Part shown: positions 1 to 13,350 of the stretch, one piece after another
How positions within the stretch are numbered: the first letter of the stretch is position 1
Layout: each line of letters starts with the position of its first letter
Assembly (NCBI GenBank): GCA_023213395.1
Contig: CM041465.1
Location: forward strand, 231,329,741-231,393,740
Length of the DNA stretch: 64,000 nt
Direction of reading: 5' to 3'
Origin: Cycas panzhihuaensis
Taxonomy: Eukaryota; Plantae; Cycadophyta
The notes under the pieces: generated by a model
The model's input: the letters and a program-made list of their open reading frames with translations, nothing else
The model's database searches: none
What the model was told of the DNA's origin: nothing
Position numbers and translations under genes: made by a program

Positions 1-697
1 AAACTCAACACATTAGCAATTTCATACTAGCATGCTTGCCTTTTACTACATGTCCTTCAATTTAGCTTTTATTTCCATCATTAGGCCCTCAACATCCTTG
101 TCATTTTATTACAAATTTATGCTCATATACATGCATATATTATAAAGGAAACACTTATATAAGCATACCTATATATACTATAGGTATGTTTTCCTTGTAA
201 TAATTCCATTAAATGATTTCCAAGTACATTATGTAAGAATGCTTCATCTTTGGGTATGCTTTAATACATTAGCTCCCACATTAAGAACTAGGTAAGAATA
301 CCTTATTTATACCCAAAATGGTGATTATTTTGACCAATAGTTACATCCATTCATAATAATCATTGACATTTCATAATAAATCATGACTTTCATATATGTC
401 GATATAGACATTTGGAACTTTTCAATCTAGTTTATACTATTCCATTATGCTTTATGTCTTTTTGACAAACCATTATTAAGCAATCACTCTTATTCCCTTC
501 TAATTGTCCCCATACCATTCCTTTCTGGTATTCATTCCCTACCAGTTATTACTTAGACCTATAACTATTATGCCCATTCTTATAATATTTCTAACCATTC
601 TTACAACTACTAACAACTATTTTGAAGTGGATTTTCATGATTTTCTTTACTAAATTTTATAATTCTAACTATTATCAGTATTCTTAAAGTCATTCTT

Positions 698-2379
698 TAT
701 AAGGACATCACTCCAAGCTAATCAAATCTCCAAATCCTTCTTGTATGGGTTACTTCTAAATCATCATGCTTCTTATTTATGTACATATGCATGTAAAGAC
801 TTTATTTATCTCTCAACTCTTGTTCTAATGTAAAGTTATTTTCATTTTATATCTTCTATTCACCCTATCTAAAGTGAAAGCCTATTCCATATTCCACCAG
901 GTGTTCAAAATGAACCATCTACTTCTTGTTTACATTTTTGTATATCCTATGTAAGGTGGAAGCTACTTTCACACTCCACCAAGTATGAAGATACACAAAC
1001 TTTATGTCTATTAGAGTAGTTAGCTATTTGAGTCATGATGTGCTTCGAGGTACTAGACTTATGCTTTTAACACCTTGGATGATATTATTTATTTTATAGT
1101 GGCTTACATAATACAAAATCTAACCCGATTGCTTTGGATAAGTAGCATAGATAGTAGAGCACATGATATGAGTAAGGGAAGAATAGAGGGATAGAATAAT
1201 TATAAGGGTAGAAGGCAGATATAGAATTTCACAAATATCTTTGATTATATTATAAATTTAGCTAAGGAACATAATTTATACAAGAAATCTCCACCAAGTA
1301 AAAGAATAAGTTCATAGTTTTTTCTAATGACTAATGGAGTATTAAAAACAAAGATTAGATGAAAAGGCTATGAAGTAATGAAGTTCATCCTTTAGTTGAA
1401 ATTCTTTTAAGTGTGAGTCCCTTCACAATCCCATAAATGAAGAAGTGAATGGAGTGTTTTAGGTGTCTATCTCTGAAACCATAAATACAAAGGAGATTAC
1501 TTTATGATCTTGTAAATAAAAGAATGAAGGACCTCCAATATCACAATTACAAATACAAAGGTAATTATCTCACAATCTTGTAAACAAATGAATAAAAGAC
1601 CTTTAACATCCTAATTATAAAAATGAAGGGCAATACAAAGGTAAAGCCCTTGCAATCTTATAGATGAGCATTTGAGAGCTAAATACTCACCAAAGAGTTG
1701 ACAAAATGTGAAAACAAAGGGATAAATAATTGAACATCACAGTTTGACTCATAACTTTTGCATTTAATATTAGAATCATGTCAAACCACTTGAACAAGCT
1801 AAAACTACTTAGAAATTTCCTATAGGGAGAAAACTTTATAAAATGGAGGTAGTGGGTAGTTGATAGTTATATAAATAGTGGCAATTGTGAGTATATTTTA
1901 AGGGCCACTATGTATACCATTTTAGCTATCGAGGTCATATTCCTCTTTAAGCATTAATGATATTTATAATAGAGAATAAAATGATGCCTAAAATGAGTAT
2001 AGACTTTAAAATCTAAGAGAGGAAGATACCTTTTATTTTTGGTTTTTTTGGGATTTGTCTTTAGTTTAGAGCTTTGTGATGTAAGGGAGAGTTTTTGTTA
2101 AAAATAGAAGATTCTATGATAGAATAAAGAGTAACCAGTCAATTTTAACAACCTTATATAGGGATTTCTATGCTAATTTTGATGGAATGGTGAAAGGGAA
2201 ATATTCAAACCCTTTAATAGAAATTTTATGAATTATTAACACTTGTGTTGTATACTATGATAGCCAAGAGGTTGAGAGTATAATCTTCATTATAATAGAG
2301 CATTATAGATAGAATTATTTTGTTGTGAAATGTTGTTGTAGCAATTGAGATAAGGGGTTGAGGACTACCATGGTTATTA
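698..2379 (+). repeat. TE1 5' LTR, segment 1 (interrupted by TE2)
   Basis: Colinear with 48950-50167 and 55420-55509. Contains ~67-bp internal tandem units (aaatacaaagg...) at ~1483-1660. Confidence 0.88.
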
Positions 2380-2703
2380 TGTTAGAAATAAATACCCAAG
2401 TTAGGCCTAAGATCCTAAGACTATGAAATATAAAGCCATACATGGTAAATAAATAAAGAACATATATATATAAATAAATAACACTATATACTTGAGGAAA
2501 ATGATCACTTCCAAATTATATTGTAACAAACTAATACATATTTATAGTACAGATCATCACATGGTTGTCCAATCCTAATCTAAAAGCCACTTAGTCAATT
2601 AATGATGTCTTACATAAAGAAGTACACATATTATGACCCTCTAGTATACATCAAAGGAGAAATAACATCAATTTAATATTCCATAGGTTAACATTACCCA
2701 ACA
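2380..2703 (-). repeat. TE2 3' LTR
   Basis: tgttagaaataaat...acccaaca; homologous to 25345-25654. Confidence 0.88.
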
Positions 2704-4079
2704 TTCGCCCTTTAATATTTAACCATATCACATGGCTACTTCAAATTTGATGTTGGGTCTACATAAAAGCCAAACAACTATCGAAGCACATGGGTAACTA
2801 GTTGTTGTACCTACTAGTCCTCTAGAATGGCCTTCACATACATGCATCGCTAATATTTACATGTTAAGTAGCCTTCACTTGCTCTTATTTTTCTTGTTTC
2901 TAGCTCTTCTAATTGAGGTCATACCTCTAGGAAAAAAATTAAGCTAAAAATCCTTATTCTTATCTACTACACCATGGAATAAACTTGTGAAAATGGTTAT
3001 CCAAGCATAAATATGTCACAAAACACTTTTTCTTTTAGCACAACTTCCAATTTAACACCCTATCAAATTAAAGCCTAAATTTTATACCACTAAAGCTATC
3101 CTAAAATACCTTTAAAGTATATCTTGTGACCACTCATTAGAAAGCCCTATGATTCAACTTCATAATATAGGTGCCAGCACTCAATTCTATCATTGTATTA
3201 GAGAGATACCATCATTTTTATGAGTATAAGTACCTATTTAGATGAAAAAGTTAAAAAATAAAAATAACTCTTTATGAATTGGCCCTTAATCACATTAAAA
3301 CACCCATACAACCATCTTAGTGGGCTAACAAACTTTAAGACATATTATAAAATAACTTAATATAATGCAATAATGTTTTATAATATTAGAACATGGAAAT
3401 TTAATAAAATTTGATTATCGTTCATCATGTGACCTACCCATGGTTACGTAAGGGAAAATTGATGCTTGCATTTTATTTTTTCATGGATTTTCAATATGTA
3501 ACCTTTAGATATGAAGATCTAAACCTTGCCAGCATATTGTCATCCTTAGAAACTTTCCTGACCTCAAATTCTATCCATTGAAAGGCATCCAGCATAGTGA
3601 AAAAATATAAAATAAACCAACAATCTACACAACACTTAAACTATTAGTAAGACTAGTCCATAATCTTTATCAAAACACATGCTATTCATTAATCTATTAA
3701 ATCTACCATTTATAGATATTAATAAAGTTAAACATAAATGAAACATGTGGGAAAAAAGACCTAAATTATATCAAAATTATACAAACCCTTGATGCTTCCT
3801 CAGCACATAGTTATAGCTCTCATAATAGCCTACAATCTCTATCTATATCTTAGATCCCTCCTATAATCTATTGCAGCTCAAAAAAAGGAGATATTTTTGC
3901 CATATAATAACTTCACTATCAAATAAATATGTTCATACAAGAATAATGGTGTCTAAGTAGGTTTTGATAAAAGATTGTAGTGAATACCATCTATAGTGGC
4001 CTGTTATCAAGGCTCTAACACCCTAATCCTATAATATTTAAATCCTCTTTTTGATAGGGCAGTGTGATTTGAATAAGAA

Positions 4080-4468
4080 TATAATATAACTCCATCTTCT
4101 TAAGCAAAATGAGACACTAGTATGTAGAAATTATCAAAGGGTTAAGTGTTGATGTTAACTATTAAGTTTTTTGCATAGGCCACTAAGTCCTAAAATGATA
4201 TGTAAGCCCATTAGGGCCACCAATAGGATTACTAAAGAGAGACCCTCTTTTGTCTATTTAAGGGTTAGAGATTACATGTAAAGGGTATTGATCATTTGAT
4301 TCCTTTCTTAAGAGAAAGATCTTCGGTACTCCTTTGGTGCTCTTTTGTGTTCATTATGTGAGTTATTCTATAATATCAGCCTCTAAAGTTAATAAAAGTG
4401 CTCTATTTGTTCTCTTAACTCTTCTTTTCATCAAATTTGTAAGGATAATCTCAAGTAGATATATTATA
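4080..4468 (+). repeat. TE3 5' LTR
   Basis: Direct repeat of 10123-10510; termini decayed to TA..TA. Confidence 0.92.
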
Positions 4469-5618
4469 GGTGGCATTAGAGCGAGGTCTGATAACCTTAC
4501 AAAGGCATTCAAGAGCTAGAAAGGGGATTTTTTATTTTTTTTCCTCTAGTGACACTTGTAACCTTTCTCTTATAATACTTACATTTAGTTTCAATTTTAG
4601 TTCAAGGGTAGTTATATTACTTAGAAGTTATCCTTTTTATTCCCTCCCTCTCTTTTCCTAGGTAAATAACTCTACTTAGAAGCTACCTACCTTAGGTAGG
4701 TAGAGACCCTATGTTGGGGGTTTATAAATATCATAAGAATCTATCGTTCTGAGCTAAGTATATCATGGCTTTTTTACCTTTATATGAAGGACTTTAGTTA
4801 AGTTTATTGAACTAAGCCTAAGATAGAACTTAGCTACAGAATTAAGCCTTTACATACCCTTGGGAATATCAAAGGACCCTTATAGATTACCTTACCCTAC
4901 CTAGAATAGGAAACCAATATGTCATTGAAGTCTTGTAGTATAGTGGTTAGCAGTTAATGCCACGAAGCAACCTATCCCAAACCACTGAAAAGGATTTTAT
5001 CAATAGGCCTATGAGACCAAGCACTTAAATTATCAGAGTATGATAGGTATCCTTCAATTTGGCATGCCCCTCTTATAAAGAAACTGGATCTACTAAATAG
5101 TTACTAAACATTTGTCACTGAATATGTGAACCTACAAAGAGATGGCCATAACTTTTACAATATTTATCAAAATCAGAAATGGCCTGAACAGTCAAACTCG
5201 CCATAAAAAATAATTCTATAGCCAAAAAAATTATAATTAAAATTTATACATCTTATTTTGATCGGTATGTTGCACTAATTAATTTGCACTAGTTTAATTT
5301 TTATAGTCAATTTTTTGGTATAATAGCATTTAGTTTACTAGTGGAACCCCTTGCCAAAATTTCACTCCTACAACTTACCTATCCTATTTTAACAAGTTTT
5401 TTGCACTCGTTTAAGTACACTAGGTGATTTTGTTCCCTAAATTTTGGGGTCAATAGACCATAAACACTCTAAGTACCTTTCCCTCCCCCTTTATCCCATC
5501 CTTTTATTAAGGCATTCCCTATTTCTTAAAATTCGTTCTTTCTTGTTATTCCCCATTTTGTGTATTATCCCTTCTTTGTACTAAGTCCTACTCCTTTTAA
5601 GCCCATTCTATATTCCTA

Positions 5619-8600
5619 ATGGTATGTTTATAAGGAGAAAGAATCACTTCATTAGAGACTGAGATTGAAACTTTATCATAAGACATGAAGCCTGGGTTAG
5701 TTAACCTTCCTTTTAAGGCAGATTTAGCCAACCTCCCTTCAAAGATAGATTTCTCAGCCCTGATTACTCAAATAATGTAATCCAATTCCAATATCATAAA
5801 AATAATGAATATGATAGCCAACTCTCCTCCTTCTCACCCCCCACAAGGAAGTAATGCACCCCAGGGAGGCCATCCATCAAGACAGCAGCTACTCCACCAT
5901 AAAATCAATATCCCTACTTTTGATATTCATTTGAATAAAGAATGCACTCGCAGTTGGATAAGTAAATTGGAATCCTACTTCACTCTTAACCTAATGACTG
6001 AAGAAGATTAGTTGTTATATACCTTCATCCACATAGATGGGAAAGCTCATCATTGGTTTAATTAGTGGAAAAAAGAATACCCTAGAAATTAGACGTGGTC
6101 ACACTTAACAAATTATTTCTTCAAATAGTATGAAAACATTAGGAGTCAATAATTCTTCACTCATTTAACATGGCTTAAACAAACATCATTAGTAGAGGTC
6201 TTCACAGATGAATTCTAAGTATTATATAATCAGCCCCCATAAAGCCAAAGTCTGAATAAATAAACTTTGATAGACATTTATATGGTAGTTCTCTAGGATA
6301 ATATTCAAATGTACCTCAAGATGTTGTCTGTAAACTCTGTCAAGGAAACTATCAAAATGGATAAAGTAATATAGGCATAATTTATGGCTAAAAGACCCTT
6401 ACCCACTTGATGGGATAACCCATGGCTCTCATGAGCCATTCAAACATACTTCCAATGGCCTTGATCCCATTTTGATAATAAAGCTAGACCATAGACAGAT
6501 TTTTAACATCCTCAACCTTGACTTTATGATGTAGTTTTCCCTACAATAGATTACCAAGCAAAAAAAACCTCATAAAGAAAAGTCCAAATCTCATAAGAAG
6601 AAGCATAACATCAAATAAAGACAAGCCTTTATGTTTAGTTCTTAGAAAAGTAGATTATTAGGCATGGTCACATTTATAAAGTGAAGCATATGGTCTTTTC
6701 TATTAACCCCATCCTATCCCTTAATGAACACTTAGATTCTAACTTAAAGCATGAGGCTAATGAAGAATTCTAGGAAGACTCCATCCTTAATCCTCAACCT
6801 AAAATATCCCTATCAGTTGTAGCCTCCACCTCTTGTCCTAAGCCCTTACAAGTTAAGGGCATTCTCTATAAAACTCCTATGTTAATCTTGATTAACGGCG
6901 GTGCATCCTTAAACTTTATTAACATCTCATTAACCTGGTAGTTAAACCTTTGTATTATCCTAAAGATTGGCTTTACTTGCTCCCTACCAATGTACCAAAA
7001 GCTCCATTACATTGGTGTTATAAAAAACATACATGTTTAGATTGGTACCTACCTCCTAACCTCATATTTATATACATTATCAATAGGAGAATCTCACGTT
7101 ATATTAGAAATCTAGTGGTTGTAAACCTTGGAAACTTATGGCATAAACATCTCCCTAACTAATCCATTCATATTGTTTAAGGACCAAATGGGCAAGACAT
7201 ATAAAATCCATTGATTACAACCCCTATTAAACCAATTAGTTTTACTAGGCTACATGAAAAGACACCTTCAATCTAACCTTGGGTATATAGTTTTTCTTAA
7301 TAACATTTAGGTTAACCCTTAAATCCACCCATATATCTAGGATATCATTACTAAGTATAAGCAAGTATATACTCCCCTTCTTACTAGTACTCCACCTAAC
7401 CATGGTTTTTACCCCACAATTAACCTCTAATCCAATCATGACCAAATTAGCCTGCACCTATATAGAAATTCCTACTTCCTGAAAAATGAAATCGAGAAAA
7501 TCACTACTAAACTAATGGATATAGGAATCATCTAGCCTAACCAAAGCTTGTATGTAGCCCTAATAGTCTTAGCTAGTAATAAAGATGGCTCTTTTCACCT
7601 TTACATGGATTTTAGGGAACTTAATAAGATTACCATAAAAAAATAAGTTCCCCATTCCAAGGATAGATGACATATTAGATGAGATCCATAGAGCCTTAAT
7701 CTTTTCTAAGCTAGATATACAATTCAGATATTATTAGATCCTCATTACTCCAAAGGACTATAATAAGATAGCTTTTAGAATATATCATGGCCACTTCGAG
7801 TTACAAGTGATGCCTTTCAGCCTTTATAATGCACCCACCACCTTCTAAGCACTCATCAATAAGGTCTTTAGTCCCTATCTTCAAAAATTTATCATCATCT
7901 TCTTTGATGATATCCTTATCTATAATTCTTGCTTAGACTATCACATTCGTCACGTGGAGATCATTCTCTGAATATTACATTAACACCAATTATGTGTAAA
8001 ACTTTCTAAGTACAAGTTTAGAAAAATAGAAGTCTAGTATTTGGAGCATATTATATTTTTAGAAGGGGTACATATGGACCTTGAAAAAATATCAATCATC
8101 ACTACTTAGTAGACACTGGCCAATCTTATGTAACTATGAGTATTCCTTTATCTTACATTGTTCTATCATCATTTTATACAAAACTATGCCTCTCTCGTAG
8201 CTCAACTAACCAATCACCTTTGCAAAGACTCCTTTTAGTGGTCTTAGAGGCTGAAGCTACCTTTTTCCATTTCAAAGTAGTAATGCCTTCTAACTTAGTC
8301 CTCATCACTCTTGATTTCATCCAACTATTATAGCTCAAATATGATGCATTAGGATTTAGCCTATATATGGTTATCATGTAAGAAGTCCATCCCATTCTAT
8401 TTAAAAGTAAAAAATTGAAAGATCACAAAATCTAACTCTCCACATACTAGAAGGAAATAAGAGCTATTATATATGCCATAGATACATGGCATTAATATAT
8501 CTTAGGGTCAAAATTTCTTATCCTCATAAACCATTATAACCTCTATAGTCTATTATATCAACCAATTCTTTCAAAAGAATAGGCTTAATAGAGTAGGTTT

Positions 8601-10086
8601 TTGACTTTATAATCTCTTATAATGAAAACAAAGACAACATGGTTATGGATGCCCTTTCTTACCTACACCCTGATTTAAATACCCCAACCTAAGTATTCAT
8701 GCTACATCAAAGCCCCACCCCATTTGGCTTGATGAATTGCATGCAACCTAACTACACTAGCTAGAGTGAAAAAGTTCTCACCCAAAAAGGTTGGATGAGC
8801 CACAATAACTATTTGTTATTTAGGAAATACATCTTTGTACATCCATCTTCTTCGTTCATCTCTTAAATTTTAATAAAGTACCACTCTACTTACTTAAGGG
8901 GGCACTTAGGATTTGATAAAACCTATCAATATATTCGTGCAAATTTCATTTGGCCCCATATAAAATCTACCATCTTCACATTCAAATCAAAATGCAACAC
9001 TTATCAGTGGAATAAGCTAGATACCAAAGACCTATTATGGCTCCTCTAACAACTACATATTCCACAAAGTAAATGGTAGGACATTGCCATGGATTTTATT
9101 ACTGTCTTTCCTACATCTATTAGTTTTAACTATATTTAGGTTGTTATCAATATCACACTTCCTCCTAATATACATCTTCCCATCTTACTAACCTGTACGT
9201 CCAATTTATTTTTTGCTTTCATGGATTTCCCTTGACTATTCTTTGTGATTAAGATCCTAAGTTCACTAGCTCTTTTTAGAAATAACTCTTTAAAGCCATA
9301 GGAACCTCATTCAACATGAGTTTTACTTACCATCCTCAAACAGATGGTCAAATTAAGGTCTTGAATAAAACTATGGAAACATACCTATGTTACTTTGCCT
9401 TAGAATACCAAGTTAAGTAGACCTCTTGGTTTTTTCTAATAGAATACTGGTATAACTCATCTCATCACTCAGCCATTAGCATATCCCTATTTTTGGCATT
9501 ATATGGTTATCAACCCCCTTTATAACATACCTTGGCAACTAATTTTTGGATTACATTAGCCCAACTAAAGCTTCAGGAGATGGACCAAATCTTCTATAAC
9601 CTTAGACAAAACCTAGCCACTACATGGAATCGCATAAAGCAACTTGTTGATTTCCATTGATCTAATCGGTTATTTGATATTAGAGATTTAGTGTTCTTCT
9701 CCTTTCAACCATACAAACAATAATCCCTTAAGTCTCATTAAGGCTATAAATTAAGCCTATGTTATTATAGTCCATATAAACTCCTCTAAAATTTTATTGA
9801 AGTTGCCTACATACTTGAACTTCCCTTAGACACTAATATCCATGATGTCTTCCATGTATCTTATCCAAAAAAAATCCTAGGTAGAAAAGTTACACTCCAC
9901 ACTACCATATTGATTCTCAACAATGAACAAAACCTCACAATCTTTCCAAATCAAATCCTCATTAGTCATTAGCACTGCCTCTAGAATCACACTATTTATA
10001 AGCATCTAATATAGTGCATTGGTTATGATATAGATGAAGTGACCTAAGAATCTAAAGAATTTGTCCAACATCACCCTTATATCTAA
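5619..10086 (+). pseudogene. TE3 gag-pol remnant (gag, protease, RT, RNase H, integrase, chromodomain-like end)
   Basis: Gag WISKLESYF (~5955); protease LINGGASLNFI (~6890); RT FFDDILIY (~7900); integrase IAMDFI (~9083) and YHPQTDGQ (~9328); terminal HLI*CIGYDIDEVT*E. Many stops and frameshifts. Confidence 0.9.
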
Positions 10087-10122
10087 TGCTTCAGGATCTT
10101 AGAGTCTTAGAGAAGGTGGACA

Positions 10123-10510
10123 TATGACATAACTCCATCTTCTTAAGTGAAAGGGGCCACTAATATATGGAAACTGACAAAGGGTTAAGTGTTGATGTTA
10201 GCTATTAAGTTTTATGTATGAATGCTAAGCTCTTTAATGATATGTAAGGTCGTCAAGGCTGCTAGCAGGATTATTGAATAGAGACCTTCTTTTGTCTATT
10301 TAAGGATCAGAGATTACTTATAAAGGGTTTTAATCATTTAATTCCCTTTTTACGAGAAAGTCCTTTGGTACTTCTTTAGTGCTCTTTTATGTCCATTATG
10401 TGAGTTATTCTATAATATTGGCCTATAAAGTTAATAAAAATACTCTATATATTCTCTTAACTCTTCTTTTCATTAGATTTACAAGGATAATCCTGAGAAA
10501 ATACATTGTA
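10123..10510 (+). repeat. TE3 3' LTR
   Basis: Direct repeat of 4080-4468. Confidence 0.92.
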
Positions 10511-11040
10511 AAGAACCCCATTGAACCTACTTTCTATTACACATATATAATGCATACAAAATTCCTTCATAAAGCATAGGTCCACATCGATTAATAATAT
10601 CTACATCTTATAGCCCTAACATTATAGTGTTCCTCATTGATCTAATACCTACTACACAAATTCATATTGTAAAATCCTCCTCTTCAATCACAATAACTTC
10701 AATACATGACATAGGAAATAATGACCCATACATCACTTCACCAACTTCAAGCCTATTTCAGAAGCCCCATTCTCAAAATCATATGCAACACTTACATGTA
10801 AACTAGTAAAACATACATATAACAGCCCAAAAATGAATTAAAAATATGTAGTAAACCTTTGTGGGATTTGAAACAACTATAATACTTATGCTCTTGGATG
10901 GATTTTCATGCTCATGCACTAATATACTCTAAGTTCATAACACCAACGTGCTCCAAGTACCCTGAAAAAATATTATTTGAAAGCTTTTATAACAACCTAT
11001 AATAGATCTTCATCTAATAATAGACTACCCTCTCTTACTA

Positions 11041-11385
11041 TGTTAGAATAAAATGTGAAGTTATAATAATGACATCCAATATTAGACTAACAATGAATAA
11101 ATGAGGTGAGTGTAAAGTAATAAAATCAAGCATAACATAAATAAATCGTGTATGAGAATAGATGCAACAATGATGGAAGAATAGCCAAACTTTAAATTAT
11201 GAGAATGGTAATATACATACTTATATAACAACTTACCATATGTGAAAACCCTCAAAGGTCAACCATTATATTCTATCACATATTTCAAGATGGCACACAA
11301 CTTAAGATGACATATAATATATAATATAATAATATATGAGAGAGTACGAATAGGATTTAGATGTAAGTTGATATTACATCCAACA
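11041..11385 (-). repeat. TE4 3' LTR
   Basis: tgttagaataaaatgtgaag...catccaaca; matches 24862-25206. Confidence 0.9.
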
Positions 11386-11759
11386 TTCCCCCCTATAATA
11401 AATAATTACATTAAATAAAATGTCAAATCAAAATGATAAATATGAGTCTTCAATTGGTGTTAGATTAAGTTGTTACAATAAAATAAAAAATGTTTTTGAC
11501 ATCCATATAAAATAAGCTCTAAATGTTGAACCACATAGGTAACCAGCCATTGTGACCATTAGTTAGTTAGGTCACTCCTTCATGTACATGGTGTAGTTAG
11601 TGCCAAGTTGACTTCACCTATGAAACACATCGTTTTATGTGGCCAACAAGTAAGCTAAATAAATATACAAGAGTAGCATGAAGAAATGGGTCCCAATACT
11701 TGCTAATATGGGACAATGAGTAACTATCATCAAATATAATAGTCAAAAATATATCATAA

Positions 11760-11880
11760 TAGGCTCCATAGCCTTATAAAAGGGCTCTATATCCTCAAAC
11801 ATGCCTCCATAAGCTTATAATTTTACCTCTATGAGCTCAAACATGCCTCAATGGACTACAAATTACTATAATGGATTATA
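11760..11880. repeat. ~20-21-bp degenerate tandem repeat (ctctatgggctcaaacatgc-like) in TE4
   Basis: About 6 units; the homologous array lies in TE5 at 13230-13350. Confidence 0.7.
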
Positions 11881-12529
11881 ATGTTGAGTAATAATGTCAT
11901 AAACATGACTAAAAAATAGATGTGGCTTAAATATAATATATAATGACTCTCTCTAATAATAATTAGGTTCTCTAGGGCCTAACAATGAGCCTATGACATG
12001 AATTTTTATATTCAACCCCTATTTAGGATATATTACATTAATAAAAATAATATCAAATGATTTAAAACCTTTAAAATGATAAAATGTGCCTAAAAATGCT
12101 AAAAAAAATCGTTAAAAAGTAAGTTAAAAAAAAAAACTTTTTAATTTGAGCTAAATTTTCTCCTTTAAATTAACTCCAAATGTCTCTAAGTGACCTACTA
12201 AAATGAAGAGCTCTAAGTGATAAATCCAATATAACTAACAAAATTAAAATATAACTCTATATACCTAAGATAACATAGAAATAATGATGATGACTTATTA
12301 AGAATAATAAAAGGGTTAAAATCAAGTGCTTAGCCCCTTTCATATTAGAGTTGGTGGTTATATGGCACCTTCATATGACCAAGGGCTAACTAGAAAAGGG
12401 GCTAGCATAGACTCAAAATATTATCTAATATGGTTAATTTAATATTTATAAATATAAAAAAATAAAATAAAATTCTAGAATTATTTAAAGTCTACCCAAA
12501 CTAAAAAATTAAGTAGTGTGCCAAAATAA

Positions 12530-12864
12530 TGTTGGAACAAGGTGGAAGTGTGTAATGTGGGCCCAATAATAAATAAGGAGTGATGAGTAAAAAAAATAAG
12601 CAATGAAGCACAATAAGGATAAAGTATGCATAATGAATACAAATAATAATGAGAGAATGGCCAAACTTTAAATTAGATGCAAGATGATATAGATACTTAT
12701 AATATAACTTACTACACATTTAAGAACCCTCAAAGGTCAATTATTATGTGCTATCACATATTTTTATGTGTCACACAACTCAAAGTGGCTTATAATATAA
12801 AATATAATAATATGTAAGAGAGTATGAATAGGGTCGATCATGTATTTAAACATTACATCCAACA
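12530..12864 (-). repeat. TE5 3' LTR
   Basis: tgttggaacaagg...catccaaca; matches 15693-16027 and is related to the TE4 LTRs. Confidence 0.9.
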
Positions 12865-13229
12865 TTTCCCACTATAATAGATAATTTTGTCAAATAAAAA
12901 TATCACATTCAATTATAAGTATGAGTCTTCAAATGGTGTTAGAACATAAGTTGTTGCAGATAACATAGAGTGTTATTGAAGCCCATATGAAGTAGGCTTC
13001 ATCCACTAAACCATATGGGTAACTACTTGTTGTGATCATTCGTTAGCTAAGATGCTCCTTCATATATATGGTAGAGTCAATGCCAAGTCAGCTTTACAAT
13101 GGGAACATGTCATCTTACATGGATGAATGAGTCAATGATAATGCAAAAATAGCATAAAGAAATGGGTCCTACATCTTGTTAATATGGGACAATATAAGTA
13201 GCACTTTAGCTATAATAGCCAAAACTAAA

Positions 13230-13350
13230 GGGCTCTATGGCCTCAAACAAAAGTACTATGGCCTTAAATCACCTCTATGGGCTTACAAATACTTTTATGG
13301 GCTTAAACATGCCATTGTGGGCTTATGATTATCTTTGTAGGCTTGTATAT
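13230..13350. repeat. ~20-21-bp degenerate tandem repeat in TE5
   Basis: Repeated ctctatgg(g)cttaaa units. Confidence 0.7.

Larger units (their letters stand above)
4080..10510 (+). mobile_element. TE3: Ty3/Gypsy chromovirus (Reina/CRM-like, short LTRs)
   Basis: LTRs 4080-4468 and 10123-10510. Perfect TSD aagaa (4075-4079, 10511-10515). PBS tggcattagagcgagg at 4471. PPT agagaaggtgga at ~10109-10120. Confidence 0.93.

Noticed and set aside
3520-3600. Minus-strand MLDAFQWIEFEVRKVSKDDNMLARF resembling an RNase HI C-terminus
   Set aside because: Too short, and no upstream catalytic motifs were found.
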